From contig CAZAIK010000007.1 of NCBI GenBank assembly GCA_964485195.1, positions 62,001-87,144 of the forward strand: DNA of 25,144 nt, in the 5' to 3' direction. Position numbers and translations under genes: made by a program. Source of the stretch: an uncultured Methanosarcinales archaeon (lineage in GTDB: Archaea; Nanobdellota; Nanobdellia; Woesearchaeales; CAIVOO01). Within the stretch, counting starts at the first letter, position 1. Each line of letters starts with the position of its first letter. Below are positions 17,330 through 25,144 of the stretch, piece after piece. A model generated the notes under the pieces. It was not told the origin of the DNA, ran no database searches, and saw nothing but the letters and a program-made list of their open reading frames with translations.

Positions 17330-17407
17330 CCAGTTTTTACTGAATATTCACATAGAATATATTTATACTTTCTTATTAAAGTATATAAATTAGTATATTT
17401 AGTTTAA

Positions 17408-17429
17408 ATAAAATAGCAAAGTTTATATA
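17408..17429 (+). promoter_or_regulatory. BRE/TATA promoter of the second AbrB-PhoU regulator
   Basis: ATAAAATAGCAAAGTTTATATA, nearly identical to 1879-1900. Confidence 0.6.
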
Positions 17430-17478
17430 ATAGCAAGATTTTTATATTTTCACTTAGAAACAGATTTCGCCAAATGCT

Positions 17479-17518
17479 TGAGCGAAAAGCCCCCAGCGAG
17501 CTTTTTGCTCATTTTTTT
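17479..17518 (+). terminator. Terminator-like hairpin plus T-tract in the leader of the second AbrB-PhoU gene
   Basis: TGAGCGAAAAGC (17479-17490) / GCTTTTTGCTCA (17500-17511), 12 bp with one G-U pair, followed by T7. Confidence 0.55.
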
Positions 17519-17527
17519 GTTTAACAA

Positions 17528-18427
17528 ATGAAAAGAAGCATTGTCAAGCAGGGAGCGGCCACTTTAATGGTTTCTTTGCCGTCAAAATGGGCCAGGAAGT
17601 TCCATCTCACCAAAGGGGATGAGATTGACGTAGTTGAAAAGGGCAAGGAACTTCTGATAACGCCTGAACTCGTGCCTGAAACAAGAAAGGCAACAATCAA
17701 TATTTCTGAACTGGAAACTTTGTGGAGAAGGGCAGTCCGCGCATTGTATTGTGCAGGATATGATGAGATTGAAATACAATTCAGCAAGTCCGGCGAGATA
17801 AAGAATGTTTATTCAATCCTGCAGGAATTCGTGGGATTCGAGATAATAAGCCAGAAGGAAAACAGCTGCACAATAAGGGAGATAGTGGAGACAAAGGAGA
17901 CCAATTTCAGGACGATACTGAGCAGGACTTTCAATATGCTTTCCTCAATTGCAGAGGACTGCTCAAATGCCCTCAAGGAGAAAAACACGGAACTGCTCAG
18001 GACAATTTCCGAGAGGGATTTGATAATAAACAAGTACTCAAACTTCTGCATCAGGATAATTAACAAGGGGCTGGTGGAGCAGGAAAACGCGCCGATGCTT
18101 TACTACATCATACTGCAGATAGAGGCACTGGGGGACATGTACAAGGAACTGTCAAAATACCTGTCTGAGAAAAACAAGATACCATCCGTAAGCTCCATTA
18201 AAATATTTGATGAGATAACATCCTTAATAGGGGATTTCCATTCTGTCTTGAACAGGTTTGACAATAAAACAGTCCTCCTGTTTGAACAGAAATTAAGGAA
18301 AACAAGGAAATCAATAGAGTCGGTAAAGACAACTTCAATCCAGGAAGTCCAGATAATAAATTACCTTTCGCAGATGAGGGAAATCCTTTATGGGCTTGTG
18401 GAGCCGTTGCTCACTCAGAATCTCTAG
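17528..18427 (+). CDS. AbrB/MazE-domain + PhoU-like regulator (paralog of 1922-2800)
   Basis: MKRSIVKQGAATLMVSLPSKWARKFHLTKGDEI, LYCAGYDEIEI, VGFEIISQ, INKYSNFCIR, IEALGDMY. Confidence 0.88.
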   Translation: MKRSIVKQGAATLMVSLPSKWARKFHLTKGDEIDVVEKGKELLITPELVPETRKATINISELETLWRRAVRALYCAGYDEIEIQFSKSGEIKNVYSILQEFVGFEIISQKENSCTIREIVETKETNFRTILSRTFNMLSSIAEDCSNALKEKNTELLRTISERDLIINKYSNFCIRIINKGLVEQENAPMLYYIILQIEALGDMYKELSKYLSEKNKIPSVSSIKIFDEITSLIGDFHSVLNRFDNKTVLLFEQKLRKTRKSIESVKTTSIQEVQIINYLSQMREILYGLVEPLLTQNL

Positions 18428-20768
18428 GCTGCCATCTCTCTGCCCAGTTATGGTTCTCAGTCAAAAAATCATTTTGCACAAGCCACGGCACCATTACATA
18501 TTCCCAGGAATAATCCTCCCCTGAGCTGATCCACCCTTTCTTGGTCTCCCTGAAAGGGGCGGCATCCTCTGCCATAAAAGGATGGAATGCAATTGCCCTT
18601 TCTGTAAGTTCCCTTGCAATCTCAGGGAGGTATTCGCTGTAATCTTCATAACTAACGCTTCCTGCCTTTCTCTGTGCCGTGTCAAGAGTTTCAGGTCCCG
18701 CAAACAATCTTGCGTAAATGTCTATGGGATATCCCGTGCCCGGAACTGTCATTGCCTGCATTCCGACGCTGATGATTTCAAAATCCCTCTGGGGCTTTTC
18801 AGCCCAGTATTCATTTTCTTCTTCCTCATCCCCTCTCACTTTATTGATATAATTAATGGTTTCAAGAGGCAGTGTCAGGACATTGCCAAAATAATCATTT
18901 TCCCTTGCCCTCCCCTTTAATTCAGGGCTTGAAAGAGAAGCACTGATTGCCGCTCTCAAATATTGCGGCGGCAGGCCCCAGTCTGAACTCATTCTCATTG
19001 CGTGGGAGTCCGCATTTCTTTTGTCGCCAATCACAGGAGGCCTTTTATAGTCGCAGCCGAACAGGTAGTTATATTCTGTGAGGCCTTTGCTGAGATTCAT
19101 TGTTATGATGTATTCCTTCAGGTATTTTGCAACCTGCTCGTTTTTCTCTGCTTCATCACATCCCTTTGTCTGCCCGTGCAGCCTGCAGTAGTCAAAATCC
19201 GAGCCAGAGACAAGCTTCTGGATTTCAGCCCAGCTAGGCCTGGCATTAAGATATTCCATATAGCTGTGCTCTTCTGATTTGGGAGCAAATGATGCTATTA
19301 ACGCAGCTCCTCCGATAAATGCTGCCAGGCCAAGCCCCACAGCCACAGGACTCTTGACATAGTCCCACGCTCTCTTAGTCCAGGGCTCTGGCTCAAAAAT
19401 GAATTCAGGAATGTGCACTTTTGACCTCATTCTCTTGAGGTCCATCACAGTTGCATAGTCCTTTGAGTCAATGCCAAGCTCAGTTTCAAGTTTTGCGTAA
19501 TCGCCATCATCCAGCCTGGGACGTTTTGACTTTTCTGATATTTCCCGCATTTCAGAGTCCATCCCCAAATTTCCAAGGTCGGCAAGGGCCCTGTTGAAAT
19601 AAAGCAGGGCAATGTCTTCAAGCAGTTTTTTATTCTCCTTGAAATAAGGCCTTTTTGCCCTTTCCAAAAACCTATTGGCCCTTGTCAGGTTCTGCACAGG
19701 CCTCTCCAGCTCATACCTTGCAACAAAACCTTCAATAAATGTTTTCTCGCCGTGCTTTCTGTTCCCTTTCTGCTCAACAAAAATCTTTCTTGCAGCGTGC
19801 TCAACAAGCTTTCTTTCCTCGGGCTGGAAACTCCCCATTTTTTCAAGGTAGCCGTGTAGCAGGCTGAATATGGGTCCGCAGGTGAGCCCGTCCAGGTCGC
19901 ACACCTTTGCCTTTCCTGTGCTTGAATCTATTATTGTGTTTGATGTCCTGGGGTCCTCTGGCATAATGAATTTCTGCTCCTTCCCTGTCCTGAACCTTTT
20001 CGCAATGTTTTTTGCATTCTCTTTGGGCATTTCAGGGCAGAGCTCCCTGACGGCATATAGCATCTGCTGCTCCAGCCCCGGCTGTCGGGAAAAAACATGC
20101 CTTTGCCTGTGATAAAGCGCCTCGTCAAAATCCCGTTTGAAGACATTTTTGTTTCTCGTCAGCAAAAATGCAAGGCTGAGGTTAACATTCAGTCCCTTAA
20201 GGACTGCGTCGTCTTTTTGTGTCTTGGCGTGCTGAAGAATGTTCTCTCCTGAATGCGAATAAGTCACTGTTGAATTCTTTTCATCTGCGCCTATTGGGGG
20301 AATGGTTAAATTGTCAATATCCTCTATCCTGCTCATTCTTCTCACAAGGTCAAGGTGCTTTTTCATCTCCTTTGGGTCAGAATATTTTTTAATGAAGTTC
20401 TGGACAGCGAGGCCGGGAAGAAATATTGTTTCAGTGAAATACCCTCCTCCGCCGTAATAAGCCTGCTTTCCCACAAACAATTCATCCTTTGAGAACGTGG
20501 GGAAACCTGTTCTGGAGGATAGTGCAGATTCAATCTCTTTCCTTTGCTCCTGGGTGAGTTTTTCAATGTTTTTCTCCACTGCCTGGATTATGGCCCTGTT
20601 GTTCCTGTCTGCTGTGAAAAAAGGAAGCAAATCCCTTGTTTTCAGGGCGTGCCTGGCAGCAACCTCTGCCGGAATATTTTCAGACCTGAGCAGTTCCATA
20701 TCTTCCCTGTAAATCCTCTGTAGTTCTTCATAGCTCAAATCTGCCAGGTTTTCCAGGTTCTCAGTCAT
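18411..20768 (-). CDS. Predicted membrane-anchored divergent kinase-like protein with a C-terminal degenerate SLT/MltD-like domain (785 aa)
   Basis: FIKKY, PEDPRTSNTII (D-x4-N), VCDLD; TM VAVGLGLAAFIGGAALIASFA; WGLPPQYLRAAI and LFAGPETLDTAQRKAGS...YLPEIARE; mid-region homologous to 2797-4842. Confidence 0.68.
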   Translation of the reverse strand: MTENLENLADLSYEELQRIYREDMELLRSENIPAEVAARHALKTRDLLPFFTADRNNRAIIQAVEKNIEKLTQEQRKEIESALSSRTGFPTFSKDELFVGKQAYYGGGGYFTETIFLPGLAVQNFIKKYSDPKEMKKHLDLVRRMSRIEDIDNLTIPPIGADEKNSTVTYSHSGENILQHAKTQKDDAVLKGLNVNLSLAFLLTRNKNVFKRDFDEALYHRQRHVFSRQPGLEQQMLYAVRELCPEMPKENAKNIAKRFRTGKEQKFIMPEDPRTSNTIIDSSTGKAKVCDLDGLTCGPIFSLLHGYLEKMGSFQPEERKLVEHAARKIFVEQKGNRKHGEKTFIEGFVARYELERPVQNLTRANRFLERAKRPYFKENKKLLEDIALLYFNRALADLGNLGMDSEMREISEKSKRPRLDDGDYAKLETELGIDSKDYATVMDLKRMRSKVHIPEFIFEPEPWTKRAWDYVKSPVAVGLGLAAFIGGAALIASFAPKSEEHSYMEYLNARPSWAEIQKLVSGSDFDYCRLHGQTKGCDEAEKNEQVAKYLKEYIITMNLSKGLTEYNYLFGCDYKRPPVIGDKRNADSHAMRMSSDWGLPPQYLRAAISASLSSPELKGRARENDYFGNVLTLPLETINYINKVRGDEEEENEYWAEKPQRDFEIISVGMQAMTVPGTGYPIDIYARLFAGPETLDTAQRKAGSVSYEDYSEYLPEIARELTERAIAFHPFMAEDAAPFRETKKGWISSGEDYSWEYVMVPWLVQNDFLTENHNWAERWQPRDSE

Positions 20769-20931
20769 TTTCCGGCTCCCTGACCACGTCTATGGTCAAT
20801 TTTACTACTGTTTTCGGCCTTAATTCCTCCTTCAGAAGTGTAGGTATGACTATGATGGCCTGTTTTCCGTGTTTTGCTATTCTTTTTGTTATTGTAAAGC
20901 TTTTAAGGCTTTTTATGGCTTTTTCTTCCAT
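20761..20931 (-). CDS. Small AbrB/MazE-like swapped-hairpin DNA-binding protein, 56 aa
   Basis: MEEKAIKSLKSFTITKRIAKHGKQAIIVIPTLLKEELRPKTVVKLTIDVVREPEND; ATGACTGA overlap with the 785-aa gene. Not in the ORF track. Confidence 0.82.
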   Translation of the reverse strand: MEEKAIKSLKSFTITKRIAKHGKQAIIVIPTLLKEELRPKTVVKLTIDVVREPEND

Positions 20932-21046
20932 TTTCCAGCTGACTGCGTATAGAGGAAAGATACATAAGCCATATATAAATTTATTACTTTTTGGTGGTTA
21001 ATTGCAGAAAGTTTTATAAAGCCAGTATGCATTTTTCAGGTGAAAA

Positions 21047-21214
21047 ATGGCTGATAAAACAAAGAAGAGCCTGGCGGAATACAGGGACATAAATGTTCTT
21101 GCTGTTGAAGGAATCCTGGAGAAAGAATTAACAGAGTTTCACAGGGCATACAATGGAAGTATGGTTGAACTGGCGATATATTTAATAAAAAACGGATTTA
21201 ACTTATTATTATGA
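21047..21214 (+). CDS. Small hypothetical protein, 55 aa (possibly truncated)
   Basis: MADKTKKSLAEYRDINVLAVEGILEKELTEFHRAYNG...; AGGTGA SD and upstream TTTATAAA; ATGA overlap with the next gene. Not in the ORF track. Confidence 0.5.
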   Translation: MADKTKKSLAEYRDINVLAVEGILEKELTEFHRAYNGSMVELAIYLIKNGFNLLL

Positions 21215-21747
21215 GGGTTTTTGACATCCAAGAAGTGGGTTTTGAATCTGTAATGAGGCAATACAGAAAAGATAATGGTGCCAAAAATGACTGGTGGGAA
21301 GAGAGAAACCTTAAGAGGGCAAATGAGAAGTTCGGGAAGTGGATTAAGGCAAAAATACCGGTCCAGTACATTGGAGAGCTGATTATGCCGCATTACGATC
21401 ACGGCGGCGCGCCAATCACGCCTGAAGAAGGAGCACCATTGTCTGTTGCATATGGGATTTTTGAGGACAATAGAAATAAATTTGAAAAAGAGAATCCTCA
21501 ATTCTGCGAACGATTTGAATCACAGAAGGACGTAATCCTTAAACAGGGGGTTAAACCGGTTTATCTGAGCCAAGAACCATTGCTTGTGGGAACTTCTTAC
21601 TCAAAACTGGTCCAGTACAAAAACCATTTAACTCATCTTGACGGATTTCACAGGCTTATGGCACTAATGGGGCTAAACCAAAAACCCCAATACATAGAAT
21701 GCTTCATTGCAGTATATCCTGCATTCAAGCCAGCCCAATTTTTCTAG
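21211..21747 (+). CDS. ParB/sulfiredoxin-like domain protein
   Basis: KPVYL...HLDGFHRLMAL...IECFI resembles the ParB/Srx DGxHR core. Confidence 0.65.
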   Translation: MRVFDIQEVGFESVMRQYRKDNGAKNDWWEERNLKRANEKFGKWIKAKIPVQYIGELIMPHYDHGGAPITPEEGAPLSVAYGIFEDNRNKFEKENPQFCERFESQKDVILKQGVKPVYLSQEPLLVGTSYSKLVQYKNHLTHLDGFHRLMALMGLNQKPQYIECFIAVYPAFKPAQFF

Positions 21748-21872
21748 TGTGTTATGCTGATGCATAGCAAACAGATTTTAAAAGAAGCAAGGGTTGTGAG
21801 GCTTCTTGACTGCATCAGGACAACATCTACTGAAGACCTGCCAGAACATCATTTAATTCTCAGGACGCAAAG

Positions 21873-22832
21873 CTAGATTAAGACAGTGGCGATGGAGAAA
21901 TAAATCACCACGCTCAGCATATCCTGAATGATTGTGGTGAAAGGCCCGCTTCCTATTGCAGGGTCCTTCCTGAACTTGACCAGCAGGAAGGGTATTCCCA
22001 GGGCGAAGATTGTTGCAACAATTATGGAGCAAAAGACAGCGAAGCCGACAACAATCCCCAGCAGGCTGTCCTGCCAGGCAATCAGGGATATTGCCCCAAT
22101 CACTGCCCAGCACGCAATTCCTATGAAAAAGGACACCAGGAGCTGCTTAAGGCTGTACTTCAGCATAGCTATCTTTTGTGAAGTGGCCAGGTCGCGGATG
22201 TACAGGACCTGCGTCTGCGCCCCCACTGCATTGGCAATGTAGGCAACCAGCGGGATGAAGGCAGCCAGCATAACCTCCTTTTCAAGAACGCTCTCAAAGC
22301 TGCTTATGATTCTTGCGGCGAGAAGCCCCCCGAAAAGCCCCAGCACTATCCAGGGGCTGCGGTGAAGGAAGCTTTTCAGCACAGGCAGCCTTTCCTGTTG
22401 GATGGCATCACTTGGGATGATACCTGTCATCAGCATGAAGTCCTCGCGGGTCTCACTGTCAAGAATGTGGAGTATGGCATCGCTGGGCACCACTCCCAGG
22501 AAATTGTTATTCTTGTCAACAACAGGCACTGCCTTTATGCCGTGCCTCAAGGCCATATGGGCAATTTTCTCCCTGTCCATTCCAGGATGGGCCTTCACCA
22601 CTTTAGTGACAGCGCTGTCCCTCACGAGAGAGTTTCCAGGCTTCCTGAAAAGCTCCTTGATTGAAATAACCCCTTTTAGCTTCCCCTTCTTGGTAACCGC
22701 ATACACATAATTAATGGTGTCAAACCTGCCAGCGTTCTTTTGCAGGTAATCCCTGACCTCAGATATTTCCTGGCTGGAATGGCAGGTGGGAACATTCCTT
22801 GCTATTCTCTTAAAAGAACTTGGCAGCTGCAT
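21873..22832 (-). CDS. mgtE: MgtE-family magnesium transporter (CBS pair + membrane domain, no N-terminal domain)
   Basis: INYVYAV...LKGVISIKEL, AVPVVD...FLGVV, RSPWIVLGL, LAAFIPLV, DPAIGSGPFTTIIQD. Confidence 0.93.
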   Translation of the reverse strand: MQLPSSFKRIARNVPTCHSSQEISEVRDYLQKNAGRFDTINYVYAVTKKGKLKGVISIKELFRKPGNSLVRDSAVTKVVKAHPGMDREKIAHMALRHGIKAVPVVDKNNNFLGVVPSDAILHILDSETREDFMLMTGIIPSDAIQQERLPVLKSFLHRSPWIVLGLFGGLLAARIISSFESVLEKEVMLAAFIPLVAYIANAVGAQTQVLYIRDLATSQKIAMLKYSLKQLLVSFFIGIACWAVIGAISLIAWQDSLLGIVVGFAVFCSIIVATIFALGIPFLLVKFRKDPAIGSGPFTTIIQDMLSVVIYFSIATVLI

Positions 22833-22947
22833 AACCCTTCCTAATCATTAGGGTATATAACTTTTTCTCTTGTAAACCGCATTATGGTATCATTGTTTGT
22901 GTCTTTTCAGAGTGATGAAATAGGAAGAACTATGAGGAAGCAAGAAT

Positions 22948-23061
22948 TCACTGTTTGTCTTTATGATACAAGTCCGGGAGTATTATTTTATTTTCTTCTT
23001 TAAGGCGCATATATGAGAATCTGTATGGCGCAATGTAAATCTCTCTTGTCCCTTTCCTAGA
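22948..23061 (-). pseudogene. C-terminal fragment of a RelE/ParE-type toxin
   Basis: SRKGTREIYIAPYRFSYMRLKEENKIILPDLYHKDKQ*; in-frame stop immediately upstream and no start codon. Confidence 0.65.
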
Positions 23062-23096
23062 TTAACACCATATTAATATCCTATTAGGGCGATATT

Positions 23097-23245
23097 ATGG
23101 TGCAAGCAATAATAAACATAGAGGAAGAGACTAATAGTGCCCTGAATATAGTCAAAGCTAAATTTGGGCTCAAAGATTAAAGAAGCAGAAAGGAATTCGC
23201 TTTAAAAGCGTCAAAGAGTCGAGGAAACATATAGAAAATGCGTGA
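23097..23245 (+). pseudogene. DUF2683-type antitoxin, internally deleted and frameshifted
   Basis: MVQAIINIEEETNSALNIVKAKFGLKD* (stop 23178-23180), then KKQKGIRFKSVKESRKHIENA* in another frame. Confidence 0.72.
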
Positions 23246-23333
23246 ATTCGAGATTAAGCCAGAACTAAACAAAAAGCTGGTTAAGTTATCTAAGAAAGAT
23301 AAAAGAGTAAGGATGAGGCCTCAAAAAATATAA
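23238..23333 (+). pseudogene. N-terminal fragment of a RelE-type toxin
   Basis: MREFEIKPELNKKLVKLSKKDK..., only 31 aa; overlaps the antitoxin stop (ATGCGTGA). Confidence 0.68.
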
Positions 23334-23346
23334 ATATCCCTATTAT

Positions 23347-23532
23347 ATGACCTTCTTCACAGGTATAGATGATTGTTGTGAACATAGTGCATGTTGTGAT
23401 GGAACCTGTTCTGGAATGTATCCTGCACCCGGAACCAAGTTTGTGTCTCCTGAAGAAGTTGAGAAAATGCCTGATGAAACCCTGAAACAGATTCTCGAGC
23501 TTGAACAAAGAGCACCGATGGGCATTAACTAA
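23347..23532 (+). CDS. Small Cys-rich hypothetical protein, 61 aa
   Basis: CC-x4-CC-x3-C N-terminus and a helical acidic C-terminus; promoter spacing is atypical. Confidence 0.45.
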   Translation: MTFFTGIDDCCEHSACCDGTCSGMYPAPGTKFVSPEEVEKMPDETLKQILELEQRAPMGIN

Positions 23533-23642
23533 CAGACTTCTCAAATGCTTCGGAGAAGGCTAAATTTCTGGGACGGAGAGTTGCACTCTTTCAAGAGGGA
23601 TTTTTAGCAATTTATTTAAATACCAAAATCAACCTGAATGAT

Positions 23643-24539
23643 ATGAACAAGTTCATTTTCCCTGTTGTGCTTCTGCTACTGATACCATCTGCTCTGGCTA
23701 TAGAAACGCACGACATTACTTACACTGTTAATGATATTGTAAAAGTGCAACACCTGCTGGCAGGCGCAGATGAGTCCTCTGTACAGTTGCTTGTTCCAGA
23801 GGACGCCTATAATTTTGATGTTGTAGTTGATAAGAAACCAGCGGAATTTACCTTGTCAAGAACAGACCAGCATAAACAAGTTGTTATCCCTCTTTCTTCT
23901 GGTTCTCATAAAGTTGGAGTTTCCTATTTGACTGCAGCATATTTAGAAAAAGGGAGGTATTCCTATTTTGTAGGTTCATTGCAAACAACGCAACATACGG
24001 ACACGCTTTCGGTCTACCTGACACTGCCGGAGGGGGCCCTCTTAGCAAGACCGCTTACTGCTTTGAATCCGCCAGTAAACCCCCTTCCTGTCTCTGTTGG
24101 AACGACCGGGAGGCAGATAATGATCAAATGGCTTGAAGAGGAGGTAAAACCCAGCGATGCTCTTTCAATGTTTGTAATATACGAAGAAAAGAGTGGAGTT
24201 TTGTGGTACCTTGTTTTGGCTGGCTCTGTCATTGCAGCTTTTGCAGCGGTTTTCTACCTCTATGCAAGGCATAAGAAGGTTGTACCAATGAAAAAGGAAG
24301 CATTTTCTCATTTGCTTGAACCTGAACAACGCGTGGTAGATGCGCTATTCAAAGCAAAAGATCATACTATGTGGCAGAAGGAGTTGCAGATAGCAGTAGG
24401 GTTTACGAAGTCAAAACTGAGCAGGGCAATCAGGAATATGGAGCAGAGAGGTTTGGTAAAGAAGATACCCTACGGAGCAACGAACAAGATTGAGCTGATT
24501 ACCAAGGGGGAACCAGAAGAGACAAAAGAGGAAGAATAG
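23643..24539 (+). CDS. Membrane-anchored protein with ectodomain, TM and C-terminal wHTH (COG2512-like)
   Basis: Signal peptide, VYLTLPEGA ectodomain motif, TM WYLVLAGSVIAAFAAVFYLY, QKELQIAVGFTKSKLSRAIRNMEQRGLVKKIPYGATNKI. Confidence 0.85.
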   Translation: MNKFIFPVVLLLLIPSALAIETHDITYTVNDIVKVQHLLAGADESSVQLLVPEDAYNFDVVVDKKPAEFTLSRTDQHKQVVIPLSSGSHKVGVSYLTAAYLEKGRYSYFVGSLQTTQHTDTLSVYLTLPEGALLARPLTALNPPVNPLPVSVGTTGRQIMIKWLEEEVKPSDALSMFVIYEEKSGVLWYLVLAGSVIAAFAAVFYLYARHKKVVPMKKEAFSHLLEPEQRVVDALFKAKDHTMWQKELQIAVGFTKSKLSRAIRNMEQRGLVKKIPYGATNKIELITKGEPEETKEEE

Positions 24540-24647
24540 CCTTGTTCTATGGGAGTTGCATACCGTTGCAGGGTGTTTCAGCTATATTTAATATACTTAT
24601 TATACCATTTAATTAGTGTAGGAGCGGAAAGCTCTGGAGGCAAAAAA

Positions 24648-25144
24648 ATGAAGTATATAAAAAACATGGCAGCCATTTTGGCCGTATTGGTCTTAATGGC
24701 AGTGCCTGTAGCAGCCCAACCAGAGTTGCCTGATCCGGGAATGACACCTGACAGCCCATTTTACTTTATGGACAGGCTGTTTGATGTATTCCAATCTGCT
24801 GAATCACTGGCAGACGAGAGGGCATCTGAGATGGTAGCTATGGCACAAACAGCAAATGCAAAAGGCTTAGAAAAAGCCACAGAAGGCTATCAGAAGGCAA
24901 TGGATAAGCGACAACAGGAAGCTGAAAAAGATGAAAACGTGGCTGAAGAAGTTGCAAGGCAAACCAGCAACCACCTGGCTGTTTTGGCTCGTGTCAGGGA
25001 GCAAGTTCCTGAGCAGGCAAAATTTGGTATTGACCTGGCGCTTGATGAAAGTGCAAAGGGACGTGAGAATGCATTGACTGCATTAGGACGGCAAAACCCT
25101 AATAGAGCTGGTGCAGTTGCAGAAGCAACATTGCAGGAAGTAAT
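24648..25144 (+). CDS. Secreted DUF5667-type helical protein (runs off the window)
   Basis: GGAGG SD; MKYIKNMAAILAVLVLMAVPVAA|QPELPDPGMTPDSPFYFMDRLFD...ADERASEM...HLAVLARVREQVPEQAK. Not in the ORF track. Confidence 0.85.
   Translation, partial: MKYIKNMAAILAVLVLMAVPVAAQPELPDPGMTPDSPFYFMDRLFDVFQSAESLADERASEMVAMAQTANAKGLEKATEGYQKAMDKRQQEAEKDENVAEEVARQTSNHLAVLARVREQVPEQAKFGIDLALDESAKGRENALTALGRQNPNRAGAVAEATLQEV

Noticed and set aside
17465..17520. Fluoride (crcB) riboswitch, suggested by TTCGCC
   Set aside because: The conserved GAUGG and CUAAUGA/CUGAUGA elements are absent and the downstream gene is unrelated.
20792..21001. 69-aa plus-strand ORF
   Set aside because: Antisense to the AbrB-like mini-gene 20761-20931, which has a better motif and translational coupling.
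1..25144. CRISPR array, tRNA, rRNA, integrase or intact transposase
   Set aside because: No regularly spaced repeats, cloverleaf or recombinase motifs were seen by eye; intergenic gaps are short.

Overview
Archaeal genomic window, probably DPANN (Woesearchaeota/Nanoarchaeota-like; inferred from L30e-NusA-S12-S7, TATA boxes about 30 nt before leaderless ATGs, and families such as DUF2683-RelE, MNT-HEPN, AbrB-PhoU and DUF5667). Ordinary content: three LivJ-type binding lipoproteins, an Lrp/AsnC regulator, SIMPL, MgtE, a partial ribosomal operon, an MNT-HEPN pair and decayed RelE toxin-antitoxin remnants. Three things stand out. (1) A three-gene module occurs twice (1922-4975 and 17528-20931): an AbrB-PhoU regulator converging on a large protein with an APH-like kinase domain, one TM helix and a degenerate lytic-transglycosylase (SLT)-like domain, preceded by a small overlapping DNA-binding gene missing from the ORF track. 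This is a candidate peptidoglycan-sensing receptor kinase system. (2) A six-gene operon (12817-17278) encodes a signal-peptide protein with the pattern of an outer-membrane beta-barrel and a paralogous orphan family. (3) Structured 5' leaders flank the 17.3-17.5 kb divergent promoter. All domain calls come from motif recognition by eye, not searches.
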